A DNA stretch of 64,000 bases from Tubulanus polymorphus (GCF_964204645.1 NC_134034.1:14190010-14254009); one strand, 5' to 3'; numbered from the stretch's first letter, positions 51,140-63,881 are shown. Program-made: numbers and translations. Notes: generated by a model from the sequence alone, not told the origin.

Positions 51140-53970
51140 TCTGTCATCCTATTAATGATGGCCTTCAAATAGTCTCTCTGCAGACAGTCTGTCATCCTAT
51201 TAATGATGGCCTTCAAATAGTCTCTCTGCAGACTGTCTGTCATCCTATTAATGATGGCCTTCAAATAGTCTCTCTGCAGACAGTCTGTCATCCTATTAAT
51301 GATGGCCTTCAAATAGTCTCTCTGCAGACAGTCTGTCATCCTATCAATGATGGCCTTCAAATAGTCTCTCTGCAGACAGTCTGTCATCCTATTAATGATG
51401 GCCTTCAAATAGTCTCTCTGCAGACAGTCTGTCATCCTATTAATGATGGCCTTCAAATAGTCTCTCTGCAGACAGTCTGTCATCCTATTAATGATGGCCT
51501 TCAAATAGTCTCTCTGCAGACAGTCTGTCATCCTATCAATGATGGCCTTCAAATAGTCTCTCTGCAGACAGTCTGTCATCCTATCAATGATGGCCTTCAA
51601 ATAGTCTCTCTGCAGACAGTCTGTCATCCTATTAATGATGGCCTTCAAATAGTCTCTCTGCAGACAGTCTGTCATCCTATTAATGATGGCCTCCAAATAG
51701 TCTCTCTGCAGACAGTCTGTCATCCTATTAATGATGGCCTTCAAATAGTCTCTCTGCAGACAGTCTGTCATCCTATTAATGATGGCCTTCAAATAGTCTC
51801 TCTGCAGACAGTCTGTCATCCTATTAATGATGGCCTTCAAATAGTCTCTCTGCAGACAGTCTGTCATCCTATCAATGATGGCCTTCAAATAGTCTCTCTG
51901 CAGACTGTCTGTCATCCTATTAATGATGGCCTTCAAATAGTCTCTCTGCAGACTGTCTGTCATCCTATTAATGATGGCCTTCAAATAGTCTCTCTGCAGA
52001 CTGTCTGTCATCCTATTAATGATGGCCTTCAAATAGTCTCTCTGCAGACTGTCTGTCATCCTATTAATGATGGCCTTCAATTAGTCTCTCTGCAGACTGT
52101 CTGTCATCCTATTAATGATGGCCTTCAAATAGTCTCTCTGCAGACTGTCTGTCATCCTATTAATGATGGCCTTCAAATAGTCTCTCTGCAGACAGTCTGT
52201 CATCCTATTAATGATGGCCTTCAAATAGTCTCTCTGCAGACAGTCTGTCATCCTATTAATGATGGCCTTCAAATAGTCTCTCTGCAGACAGTCTGTCATC
52301 CTATTAATGATGGCCTTCAAATAGTCTCTCTGCAGACAGTCTGTCATCCTATCAATGATGGCCTTCAAATAGTCTCTCTGCAGACAGTCTGTCATCCTAT
52401 TAATGATGGCCTTCAAATAGTCTCTCTGCAGACTGTCTGTCATCCTATTAATGATGGCCTTCAAATAGTCTCTCTGCAGACTGTCTGTCATCCTATTAAT
52501 GATGGCCTTCAAATAGTCTCTCTGCAGACTGTCTGTCATCCTATTAATGATGGCCTTCAAATAGTCTCTCTGCAGACTGTCTGTCATCCTATTAATGATG
52601 GCCTTCAATTAGTCTCTCTGCAGACTGTCAGTCATCCTATTAATGATGGCCTTCAAATAGTCTCTCTGCAGACTGTCTGTCATCCTATTAATGATGGCCT
52701 TCAATTAGTCTCTCTGCAGACTGTCTGTCATCCTATCAATGATGGCCTTCAAATAGTCTCTCTGCAGACAGTCTGTCATCCTATTAATGATGGCCTTCAA
52801 ATAGTCTCTCTGCAGACAGTCTGTCATCCTATTAATGATGGCCTCCAAATAGTCTCTCTGCAGACAGTCTGTCATCCTATTAATGATGGCCTTCAAATAG
52901 TCTCTCTGCAGACAGTCTGTCATCCTATTAATGATGGCCTTCAAATAGTCTCTCTGCAGACAGTCTGTCATCCTATTAATGATGGCCTTCAAATAGTCTC
53001 TCTGCAGACAGTCTGTCATCCTATCAATGATGGCCTTCAAATAGTCTCTCTGCAGACTGTCTGTCATCCTATTAATGATGGCCTTCAAATAGTCTCTCTG
53101 CAGACTGTCTGTCATCCTATTAATGATGGCCTTCAAATAGTCTCTCTGCAGACTGTCTGTCATCCTATTAATGATGGCCTTCAAATAGTCTCTCTGCAGA
53201 CAGTCTGTCATCCTATTAATGATGGCCTTCAAATAGTCTCTCTGCAGACTGTCTGTCATCCTATTAATGATGGCCTTCAATTAGTCTCTCTGCAGACTGT
53301 CTGTCATCCTATTAATGATGGCCTTCAAATAGTCTCTCTGCAGACTGTCTGTCATCCTATTAATGATGGCCTTCAAATAGTCTCTCTGCAGACAGTCTGT
53401 CATCCTATTAATGATGGCCTTCAAATAGTCTCTCTGCAGACAGTCTGTCATCCTATTAATGATGGCCTTCAAATAGTCTCTCTGCAGACAGTCTGTCATC
53501 CTATTAATGATGGCCTTCAAATAGTCTCTCTGCAGACAGTCTGTCATCCTATCAATGATGGCCTTCAAATAGTCTCTCTGCAGACAGTCTGTCATCCTAT
53601 TAATGATGGCCTTCAAATAGTCTCTCTGCAGACTGTCTGTCATCCTATTAATGATGGCCTTCAAATAGTCTCTCTGCAGACTGTCTGTCATCCTATTAAT
53701 GATGGCCTTCAAATAGTCTCTCTGCAGACTGTCTGTCATCCTATTAATGATGGCCTTCAAATAGTCTCTCTGCAGACTGTCTGTCATCCTATTAATGATG
53801 GCCTTCAATTAGTCTCTCTGCAGACTGTCAGTCATCCTATTAATGATGGCCTTCAAATAGTCTCTCTGCAGACTGTCTGTCATCCTATTAATGATGGCCT
53901 TCAATTAGTCTCTCTGCAGACTGTCTGTCATCCTATCAATGATGGCCTTCAAATAGTCTCTCTGCAGACA
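51140..53970. repeat. 48-bp tandem satellite, ~59 units, with higher-order structure
   Basis: (TCTGTCATCCTATTAATGATGGCCTTCAAATAGTCTCTCTGCAGACWG)n; variant units recur 1200 bp apart. Confidence 0.98.
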
Positions 53971-55273
53971 TCATATTAATGTAATGGAACTGTGAGATGG
54001 ATGTAACCGGCTCCACGACGTCATCCATTGTATGAACAAAATGAACCAACTATAACAAATCGACGTAGAAAATTAACATATATATATATTTTTTTGAATG
54101 GCATTATAATCCCATTAACAAGATTGTTATTTTAATATTTACATCCAGGCAGTTATTACAATAATGTTTAAGATGCAGAGTTGTTTTTTTCTCTTACCCT
54201 TTTAAACACAACTAGAACACATTATTATTATTTATTATATCTAATTCATAGTTAACGCTAAAATGAAACGATGCACAATTTAACAAATTCACTAAACACA
54301 GGCCACAATATTCTCCATCATACATGTAACATATATATACAGTAAATCTCACAACTCTTGAGGACGAACTCCGACCAACAAAACTAGTGCGAGTTAATGA
54401 ACAGAAATATTAGATAGGAAATCAGAAAACACAGCAGACTCTGCTTAAATCGGATCTGATCAACTAAGAAATACCAGTAACAGCGTTATCGGTCATTTCC
54501 ATAGTCGTGGCTTAGTCTGACCAGTTATCTCTTAGTCCTTAAGTCGATCTAACAACTTAAGATCAGTCTTCTGATTTAAGACCACTATTGAACTAAGGAA
54601 CTATCTCCAGATGTTTATGGAACTGTTTAATGACTGCTACGTGTGAATAATAGAACACCTTACCCCAATAAGTCGGACTGATTTTCATGGTCCCAACAAG
54701 TCCTACTTAAGCGGAGTCTACTGTACACTCTTTGTTGATTTAGGCTGCGAGGCTTACTGTAAATCCATTTTACTTTCTACGTAGTTGCTGTAACACTAAC
54801 GGTGATTAAGCACTACTCATTACAGTATAAAACAAATAGAGATTTCATTTTAACGGAACATTCATTCAATCATTAAGTATGTACGTATAAAATAGAGCAC
54901 ATTGAGACGGTCGTAGATTGTATCATGGCAAAACTTGCTGCTTAATTCCGGCGAAAAAATAAATAGCTTGTTTCTCATATCAGTCTCGTATCTGGCTGGC
55001 CACCTATCTACCCGGTGTATAATTCTTTTTTTTAAAACCATGATCGAGTTCACTTCAACACACCGGGTTGTTGTAGAAATGAACTGCTTACAATTTGTAT
55101 CGCAGTTCACAAAATAACTGATAAGGAGAAACAAGGTGTCATCTTTTAGTTGTGACGATCATTTTGTTGATGACTTAGACTTAGTAAATAGAATTGTAGA
55201 TAGAAATTGAGTGGTAGCTACACAGATCGCACACAACATCATTCTCAATGAGAGAGAATATCATACACAATTA

Positions 55274-58200
55274 TCAACTATCTTTCTCTCGATATTTACG
55301 AACTCGTTGCCATTCTCCTGTTTCATAGTTCATTTGGAAGTAAGTATCGACGATCATTTCTTTAAAAGCTCTCGGATCGTCCTCCATCGCTATTTTCTGC
55401 ACGTCTTCGCTCAGACGGATGTTTACGATATCTCCGTGTTGACTGCACGGGTTCACTGAGAATAAACAAATAATACAATATTTCATTCTATCATAATTCA
55501 CTCTTCAACATTTCATGTAAGATTCTATTAAATATTAATCAGAGCTAGGAATTACCCGATCAATCCCACCCATCACTCGGCCTAGTAATCAGTTGAAACT
55601 ATAGAATATCATCAGTTGGTTTATATGCCCCCCTTCTGCTCCCTAAATCCGAGGGTTTCGAGGTATAGAAAGATCTTACCTCTAGATCCGGCCATAAAAC
55701 CGAGAATAAGAGCTTTCTCCGGGCGAGTGACTTTGTTTGACGTTCGAAAAATCTCTTGAGCATCGACCATTTGCTCCCTCTGTTGAGTAAAGTATGAATT
55801 AGTAGATTTTTGCAAAAGAAGCTGAAAAGTTGATTTCTGAAACTGATTGTAAACTTACCGTTAAACATAGACCTTTCTTCGGTTGTGGATTATTAGTAGT
55901 AGTTGAAGTGTTTATAACCGGTGGTGTAGGGGGCGCTGTTATTTGTTGCGGTACGGGTATAACCTCGGGTGGTGGTACCGTAGGTACGACAACAGGTGGC
56001 GTTGTTGTTGTTGTTGTTTGTTGAGATTGACCGAGTTGTTGTCGTAATTGTTGTTGCAGATTTTCTCTGGCATTCTGCGTACTCTGTGAGACTGAACCGG
56101 TCGCAACTGATAAAATATAAAACAAACAAACTTTCATCCAGCGAGTTACTCGGGTTATCTTACATCTAGTGAGTTACTCGGGTTATCTTACAACCAGCGA
56201 GTTACTCGGGTTATCTTACAACCAGCGAGTTACTCGGTTATCTTACAACCAGCGAGTTACTCGGGTTATCTTACATCTAGTGAGTTACTCGGGTTATCTT
56301 ACAACCAGCGAGTTACTCGGGTTATCTTACAACCAGCGAGTTACTCGGGTTATCTTACAACCAGCGAGTTACTCGGGTTATCTTACAGCCAGCGAGTTAC
56401 TCGGTTATCTTACAACCAGCGAGTTACTCGGGTTATCTTACATCTAGTGAGTTACTCCGGTTATCTTACAACCAGCGAGTTACTCGGGTTATCTTACAAC
56501 CAGAGTGAGTAAATGCTCGTAATGTACTTACTGTTAACAGGAAGAGGTCCCGATACATTAGCTGTGATTGGTAAACGACTAGAACTCGGTGGAACGTAAC
56601 TAGGAGTTGAAGATGATGATACAGTAGAAACTGCCTGTAAATAAACAATCAATAGAAAAACATTTGAACACATTTCAAACGGTTTGTAATTGGATCGAGG
56701 AGATATCGCCACCGGTTACTTACAGAGGGGGCAGGAGACATGAGACCTGCAGCGTAATCAGGAGTTGTATTTACAGTTCCTTGTTCAACTTTATCTTTCT
56801 TCGCTATTTCCATAGCTTCAACTTCTACATTATTAATACAATCATCCAGTTTAATAAGAGTTAAGAGGAAATTATTACAATTGTGGATGAAATTCTAGGT
56901 GTATATTAATGTTAAATCGTTATATCTGAAGTTTAAAATCTAGTCTCATCAGACATGTTTGGGGAATGGGTTTTATGTTGTGACTTTGATATAAACTACA
57001 AACCAGCTAATCTTCTTCTTCTCTTTGCCTCTTTAACACCAACGGGTTGTTCAGTTATATCCAATAACTGTGGGAAAAATGAAACTAATACATTCTAACA
57101 TGTGACATGTAGATGAGCCCGGAATTAAGGTTAACAACTGATTAGAAATAACAAGCTTTAGCCAAATAGTGCATCTTATAGCTTCATCGAGTAGAAAAAC
57201 TCTTTTACAAAAATAATGTTGTAGAGTTTAAGTGACCAATGAAAAACAGACCTTGATTCCTCCTTCCTTTTTGATGTTACTATGAGGAGTACGTTGTCCG
57301 AATGGTCCGGCTGGATGTAGTCCGGGTCGACTAGTCGGGGTCGAGGGAGACCGGAACATCGCGGACCGCGCTGATAATCCTCGCATCGGTGCTGTCAATA
57401 TAACATTATATACTAATCACTCAAACAGACAGTTTAACACAGACCAGCTGCACAGTCCATGAGGTGGTCTTTAAGACTGGTCTCTTGTTCTTAGAGAACT
57501 GTGCAACTGGCCCCCACTGGTATCAACTGTGAAACTGGCTCCCACTGGTATCAACTGTGCAACTAGCCCCCACTGGTATCAACTGTGCAACTAGCTCCAA
57601 CTGGTATCAACTGTGAAACTGGCTCCCACTGGTATCAACTTTGCAACTGGCCCCCACTGGTATCAACTGTGCAACTGGCCCCCACTGGTATCAACTGTGC
57701 AACTGGCCCCCACTGGTATCAACTGTGCAACTAGCTCCAACTGGTATCAACTGTGCAACTAGCTCCAACTGGTATCAACTGTGCAACTGGCCCCCACTGG
57801 TATCAACTGTGAAACTGGCTCCCACTGGTATCAACTGTGCAACTAGCCCCCACTGGTATCAACTGTGCAACTAGCTCCAACTGGTATCAACTGTGAAACT
57901 GGCTCCCACTGGTATCAACTGTGCAACTGGCCCCCACTGGTATCAACTGTGCAACTGGCCCCCACTGGTATCAACTGTGCAACTAGCTCCAACTGGTATC
58001 AACTGTGCAACTAGCTCCAACTGGTATCAACTGTGCAACTGGCCCCCACTGGTATCAACTGTGAAACTGGCTCCCACTGGTATCAACTGTGCAACTAGCC
58101 CCCACTGGTATCAACTGTGCAACTAGCTCCAACTGGTATCAACTGTGAAACTGGCTCCCACTGGTATCAACTGTGCAACTGGCCCCCACTGGTATCAACT

Positions 58201-60316
58201 GTGCAACTGGCCCCCACTGGTATCAACTGTGCAACTGGCCCCCACTGGTATCAACTGTGCAACTGGCCCCCACTGGTATCAACTGTGCAACTGGCCCCCA
58301 CTGGTATCAACTGTGCAACTGGCCCCCACTGGTATCAACTGTGCAACTGGCCCCCACTGGTATCAACTGTGCAACTGGCCCCCACTGGTATCAACTGTGC
58401 AACTGGCCCCCACTGGTATCAACTGTGCAACTGGCCCCCACTGGTATCAACTGTGCAACTGGCCCCCACTGGTATCTATTCGGTTTAATCTTACTTGTAT
58501 TGTCCATTCGTTTAGCAAAACTACGACTTTTAATAGGAACAGAATTCGATGATTTTTTGCTCGTATTATTCGCTGCTTCTAAAGCTGAAAATACAATTTA
58601 CCAATATATATAAACTTGTTATGGTTTGATGGACCTGGAGTAGAGAACACGAGATGAGACCAAGAACAAACAGGTAAAAACTAGGAAATGGACAACTTAA
58701 AAAGAGGACATTAGTTAAATACAATATCTCTTCACGCAAAAAAAACTCAATTCATTATCGAAAACTTACATTTTTGCAGAATTTCCGCCCGTAAAGCTGC
58801 TGATTTTGGTTTTCGTTTGAGAGCGAAATGTTTAGGAGGAATCGGTTGTTGTCCGATTAAAGCGTTATGAGCTGAACGGTTTATATACTGACATTCTAAT
58901 GGTAAAGTGTTCGTTGACATTTCAGGAACCTTTTTCACTGAAACACAAACAATTATAATTCATCTCAACAGTATGAAATCAGATCAGTGTTGTGTGAACG
59001 ATCAGTTTTTGAAAGTGCGCTGATAAAATGTCGTATGTCTTCTGTTTGTAATTCATTTTCAATTAGAAATGTTTTAGATGAAGTTCAATAGTTCAATGCG
59101 AAGGAGCGGTAAAACGTCTCGAGAACATGCTTCAGGCTTAGAGATGCAATAGCACTAATTCTCAGCCACTAAAAGTTGGATGTCTTCAATTCCTTGTAGA
59201 GAATTAATCAATTTAATATTCAAACTCACCAACTTTCTTTAAATCGACTAAAACTTCATGAAATGCGGTGTTATTTTCATTGATTTCGTTGTTGATATTT
59301 CCACAGCTTGCGTATGATTTCAGTATATCGGCTACAGTCGATACCCATTGATCACCGTCATTTATAGCTAAATCAATGATTTCTTCTACATCAGCTTTCC
59401 ACTACAAAATACATCCAAAAACTATAGCATCCTTCAAGCTCCAGGAACCCCAGGTCATCCTTTCAATGGCTTTTCTGACAGGCCTAGGTCTGAATAGTGG
59501 TCTGAACTGCTTTTTCAACAGCAGAAAATGAGGGTCTAGAGAGTTCAGAAGGTTTAGGGAACAGTTTATTAAGGGTTAGGGTAAAGGATATGCTGCATTA
59601 GGGAATCAGGCTCGAAGATGAGATGACCAGAAGTAAAGCAGTTGATTCTTACTCGTTTTAATTAGAAATTAATGATTAAGTGTTGTATGTGACAACCAAT
59701 TACAGTAGTCCTCAGCGGAATAAACTGTTCCATGATTTAGTCTAAAACCTGCTTGTCTGAGTCTGAGTCTGCAGACAAGCAGGATCTAGTCCTGCTTGTC
59801 TGAGTCTGCAGACGAGCAGGTTCTAGTCCTGCTTGTCTGAGTCTGCAGACAAGCAGGATCTAGTCCTGCCTGTCTGAGTATGCAGACAAACAGCTTTGAG
59901 TCCTTGTCAGACTCAGAGTCTGAGTCTGCAGACAAGCAGGTTCGAGTCCTGCTGCTGGCTGCTAGCGGGCAACATTTCAAAGGTTGTGGTTCCGTCGTGA
60001 AGTTAAATGAATAGTCCAATAGGGTTAGTCTTATGAGACACGATCCGAACGACGTCAAGCGAGATAAACTAACAATAAATTGACTGATAGGTTTATAAGA
60101 CAGACTAACCTCTTCGATGTTTCTCCTTGGAAGATGCATAAACGACAGCAAAAGCTTCACTTTAACATGGGGTTGTAGATTCGGGAAACATTCGTGAATA
60201 TGTAACAATCTCTCCTGCGACAGTTGACTACAGATAGATTTCCCCGACCATAGATCATCGGTAGAACCTAATTTGTTATGCAGCCACAGAGCTACATCGT
60301 TTTCTCTTCCGGCCAT
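55274..60316 (-). CDS. NELFA: Negative elongation factor subunit A
   Basis: MAGRENDVALWLHNKLGSTDDLWSG; LPLECQYINRSA..KHFALKRKPKSAALRAEILQK; KKGLCLT/REQMVDAQEIFRTSNKVTRPEKALILGFMAGSR/VNPC..MIVDTYFQMNYETGEWQRVRKY. Confidence 0.97.
56138..56502. repeat. 28-bp palindrome-containing minisatellite in a NELFA intron
   Basis: (ACCAGCGAGTTACTCGGGTTATCTTACA)n, containing a CGAGT-T-ACTCG palindrome. Confidence 0.95.
57497..58476. repeat. 28-bp minisatellite in a NELFA intron with 252-bp higher-order repeats
   Basis: (AACTGTGCAACTGGCCCCCACTGGTATC)n; the same variant pattern recurs at 57641 and 57893. Confidence 0.97.
59748..59952. repeat. Degenerate hairpin repeats (CCTGCTTGTCTG..CAGACAAGCAGG) in NELFA intron 1
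   Basis: About five imperfect copies of a 12-bp inverted repeat. Confidence 0.8.
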
Positions 60317-60415
60317 CTTATTTTTGCGGTGGAAAATCGCCGTAAACTAACGCCATCTACCGGGTTAAAATGAGTTAGCTATAAATAGTAGTTTAGTACC
60401 AAATCCTCCGTAGCG

Positions 60416-60436
60416 GCCTCCGTGGCGCAATTGGTC

Positions 60437-60486
<50 letters not shown>

Positions 60487-60489
60487 GCG
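60416..60489 (+). tRNA. tRNA-Asn (GTT)
   Basis: GCCTCCG acceptor stem pairs with CGGGGGC; D-arm TGGCGCAATTGGTCAGCGC; anticodon arm TTCGG-CTGTTAA-CCGAA; T-arm GGTGGTTCAAGCCCACC; T-run terminator downstream and TATAAATA ~30 bp upstream. Confidence 0.97.
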
Positions 60490-61451
60490 GTCAAATATTT
60501 TGTTTTTTTTCAAATATTTTCAATTTTTATCTATCTTACACTATCTACTACAGTTTACATTGATTTTAATCCGAACTGACCGGTTATCTTTTAAGCCGGG
60601 ACCCTCAAAGACTCGGAGTTCCAAGATAATGCCCGCATTGGGCCGCCTTAAACCTTTATAATTTAAAACTCCAAAAATGTATATCTTAGGGGGCTATCTC
60701 TCTCTTTATAATGGACCATGATTTAAATGACTCCACAAAAGGCCGATAGCAAAAGCCGGCGATAGGGCGGGTTACCGGCCTGATCCGGTCTTATGCCCAG
60801 TTCAACCTTCTTCGACTTCAGTTTCTTGGATCATAAGTTTGAGCCTACAAATCAAAATAAGTTCATCTCCAATAATCAAATGAGTCAATCTTTAACTGAG
60901 AAATGGTCTATAGAACTCCCCGCAGCATCGGTCCTGACATTGCTTTCGATGTACAATAAAACACAATTTCAAATTATTTTAAATGTCGACTTATTTTTCA
61001 GCATATATTGTCATTCCGAGTTTCCGCTAGTTTCTAATATCCGTATATTTCAATGGATGATACTATTTCATTTTCTTGTCTCTGCGGAATGGTTACATGT
61101 TGCATATTGTTGCTGATTTAAGAAATTTGAGTTGAAAAGTTGAAACAAGAGATTCACGCAGTTAGAATGCTGCCAAAACTGTCAACATCTATCTATGGAC
61201 GACCAGAGTGGAATATGATAAAACTCGCATCACAAATAGGTTTTTAAAAAGGGAAAAAACTGACTCAAACAATGCAGGATAAAATAGCGTCTAGCAACTA
61301 AAATGGTTTATTGTGATTCAATTTAAACCATGATTCTAATGTGATATAGAAAATATTATATCCTCTTATTGTTAATACGACGGCTTCTACGAATACTGCG
61401 AACAATTTCACTGTTTCATTAGTTCTAATATCTATTCCTCATCGGACCAAC

Positions 61452-61498
61452 CATGGACGTATAAACTAGATTAGTTTAGATAAGTTTATACGTCCATG
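61452..61498. mobile_element. Micro-element / P-element-like footprint with 15-bp TIRs and a 7-bp TSD
   Basis: GACCAAC[CATGGACGTATAAAC-17 nt-GTTTATACGTCCATG]GACCAAC. Confidence 0.7.
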
Positions 61499-61878
61499 GA
61501 CCAACTTATGCCACCTAATACTTATAGCTCCAGATAGATTTCTTGAAATTAATCATATCTGTTTAAATGTGAATTAGACCACATTCTGCCTATTAGCGGC
61601 AACATTGTAAGATTGCCAGTTATAACTGCGTGGTTTATCTGAATGTAAATATAACGCCAACGATCACGAGTCTGAAATCCAACAAAGAAGACTTTGACTT
61701 CTACCTATCAGCACCAGTAATATATCGGAGAAAATGGATACATATTTGTTTTTTAGTCTGTAAAATATTCATATTAAAAGAAGCTACAACGCATTTTTCA
61801 AAGATCAAATTGACTGGCAACACAACTGAATAGGCACGGGCAGCAGGTGTCGCAGATTGACTCTATACCAATGGCGAC

Positions 61879-63881
61879 ATGAAATCTTCACTTATCCAAA
61901 ACGACGATTCGTTAGAATTAGACTCTTTTTTCATCGAAGATTTGCGTAAAACAACAACCACTAATGAAGACCCTGCGCCCAAGAACAGCATGAAACCGGT
62001 AAGTCGACATATTTTACATTAAATCGCCAAAACACGGCGTCAGAAATTCGAAATGAAGCCGCATCATAAATTTATTTCAATCTTCACCCGCGCAATGTTT
62101 TGCACCAAAAAACACATTTCGCGTTAACTTTTCGCATATATTTTTACATCAGCATCTGGCTGTCGACGTAATTGATTTCTATTTGATATTAATGTCCATA
62201 AATTAGCTTAGTTTTCGTTAAAAACCGTGGTTATTGTCGGAGATGAATATTTTTCATGCGTCTCCTATGGCGGCTATGATATAAAAGCCTGAATGTCGTT
62301 ATTGAAATGACGTTGTCGCTAACATTGATCACGAGTGACGCACTCACTGTTCACGTGTAAATATAGAACGTCGTGTGACACGTGTCACCTCACTTGCCAG
62401 CGGGCGGATACGACTGCGACCGAACCTGCTTTTATTGGAATACTGAATTTTAATTAATCAAGTCGCTTGGGAATTTAACACAACTTCCCGTTTCATTTGA
62501 GCCGATAACAAATCTTTTCCTGCGGCAAAAAGTGCAGAAAGGTCGCGTGGATTGGAATTTTACCGCTTTAGCATAAAATCGGAAATTACGAGGAGTGTCT
62601 CATAATAGCGAAAACCTATTCAAAGAACAAAAAATCTCTGATAACTAGATTTGTTGGACCTGAGTTCTTAAAAATCCTTAAAGCAAATTTGTTTTTCATA
62701 TTTAGGATACGAATAATGGCGGTGGTAATAACGCAGGACTCGACCCTGACTGGGACATCTCACAGAGTAGCATCGACTATATAGATCTATCAGAATTACT
62801 CTTATTGGACGTCCCTATGCAACAAGATGATTATTATACACCCGAACATCATATAAATAACAACATTTCTACTACTGCCATGTCAGTATGTCAGAATTGG
62901 GATTACGTTTCATTCCAACCGGATCAAACCATCTGCCCCCAAACAACTTCTTATCAAACGGCTTCTAATATCGACACTTTATCCCCCTATACCGCGACAA
63001 CGACCCCTAGCGGTAGTTATAGATCAGGCCAGTCGACCCCCGGTAATTCTAGTTACATATCCGATTATTCTACGCCCGGTTCACCGGGAATACCTAGCGT
63101 TTACTCGAGGTCTGGACATTCATCCCCGGGGTCGGGTTATTCGAGAACGATATTAACCCCACCCAGTTACCATTCGGGTCAATCAACACCTGGCTCTAAG
63201 CCAACTTATGAACTCTGCGACCTGGATAAACATGTGGCCGCGGCTTTAGGCAGTGGACCCAACAAGGGGTCTCGAGATAGTGACATGTCCCCTAGTTACC
63301 CAATGTCTCCCGACGATACAGCTCAATGTCAGGACAGACCTAAATCTCGAAGTAAACCGGATAAAGATGAATTACGTCATCACCGGAAACTTGGTTATTT
63401 GACATATATAGAACAGCATTATGACGATGATATGATGACGTCACCTGATATGACGATTAATGAAGAAACTGAGGTCGATCTTCAGATTGATGAGACTCAC
63501 AATAATTCACACTGCCTGAAACGACGTAAATCCACTCATAATAAATCCAATCATAATCCGAATTCATATCCAACAAGTCCGGCTACTGGATCTCCGAGAA
63601 ATCCGCAATTACAGGATTCAAAATCCACCATCAGTCACCAGCAACAACAACATGCCGGTCCAGTTTTATACAGCCCACGTAGAAGATATAGGTTTCAAAC
63701 AAGACCGCAATCAGCAATCAGTAACCCGCTGTCTCCGACCAGCGACGCTCCAATCATTCCGCAACCACGCGCTAAAGATCCCAACAGATTCGATATCAAA
63801 ATGCCGAAAGATTTGAAAGTTCCCAGGCATCAAAGACCGTGTCATAAACATGCTGAAGTTCGTCGGCGAAAGAAAATCGAG
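61879..63881 (+). CDS. Group-B bHLH transcription factor (5' part; the HLH continues beyond the window)
   Basis: Exon 1 61879-61998 (MKSSLIQNDDSLELDSFFIEDL..MKP|GTAAG) joins in phase 0 to exon 2 62706-63881, a long S/T/P-rich region ending RPCHKHAEVRRRKKIE|GTAAG, a bHLH basic region with H-x3-E-x3-R. Confidence 0.75.

Noticed and set aside
51140-53970. CRISPR-like array
   Set aside because: Units are contiguous and near-identical with no unique spacers, there are no cas genes, and the context is eukaryotic. The same applies to every other array here.
57641-58613. Cys/Trp-rich ORFs (QLAPTGINCATGPHWYQLCNWPPLVST repeats)
   Set aside because: Translation of a 28-bp intronic satellite antisense to NELFA; the same peptide appears in all three frames.
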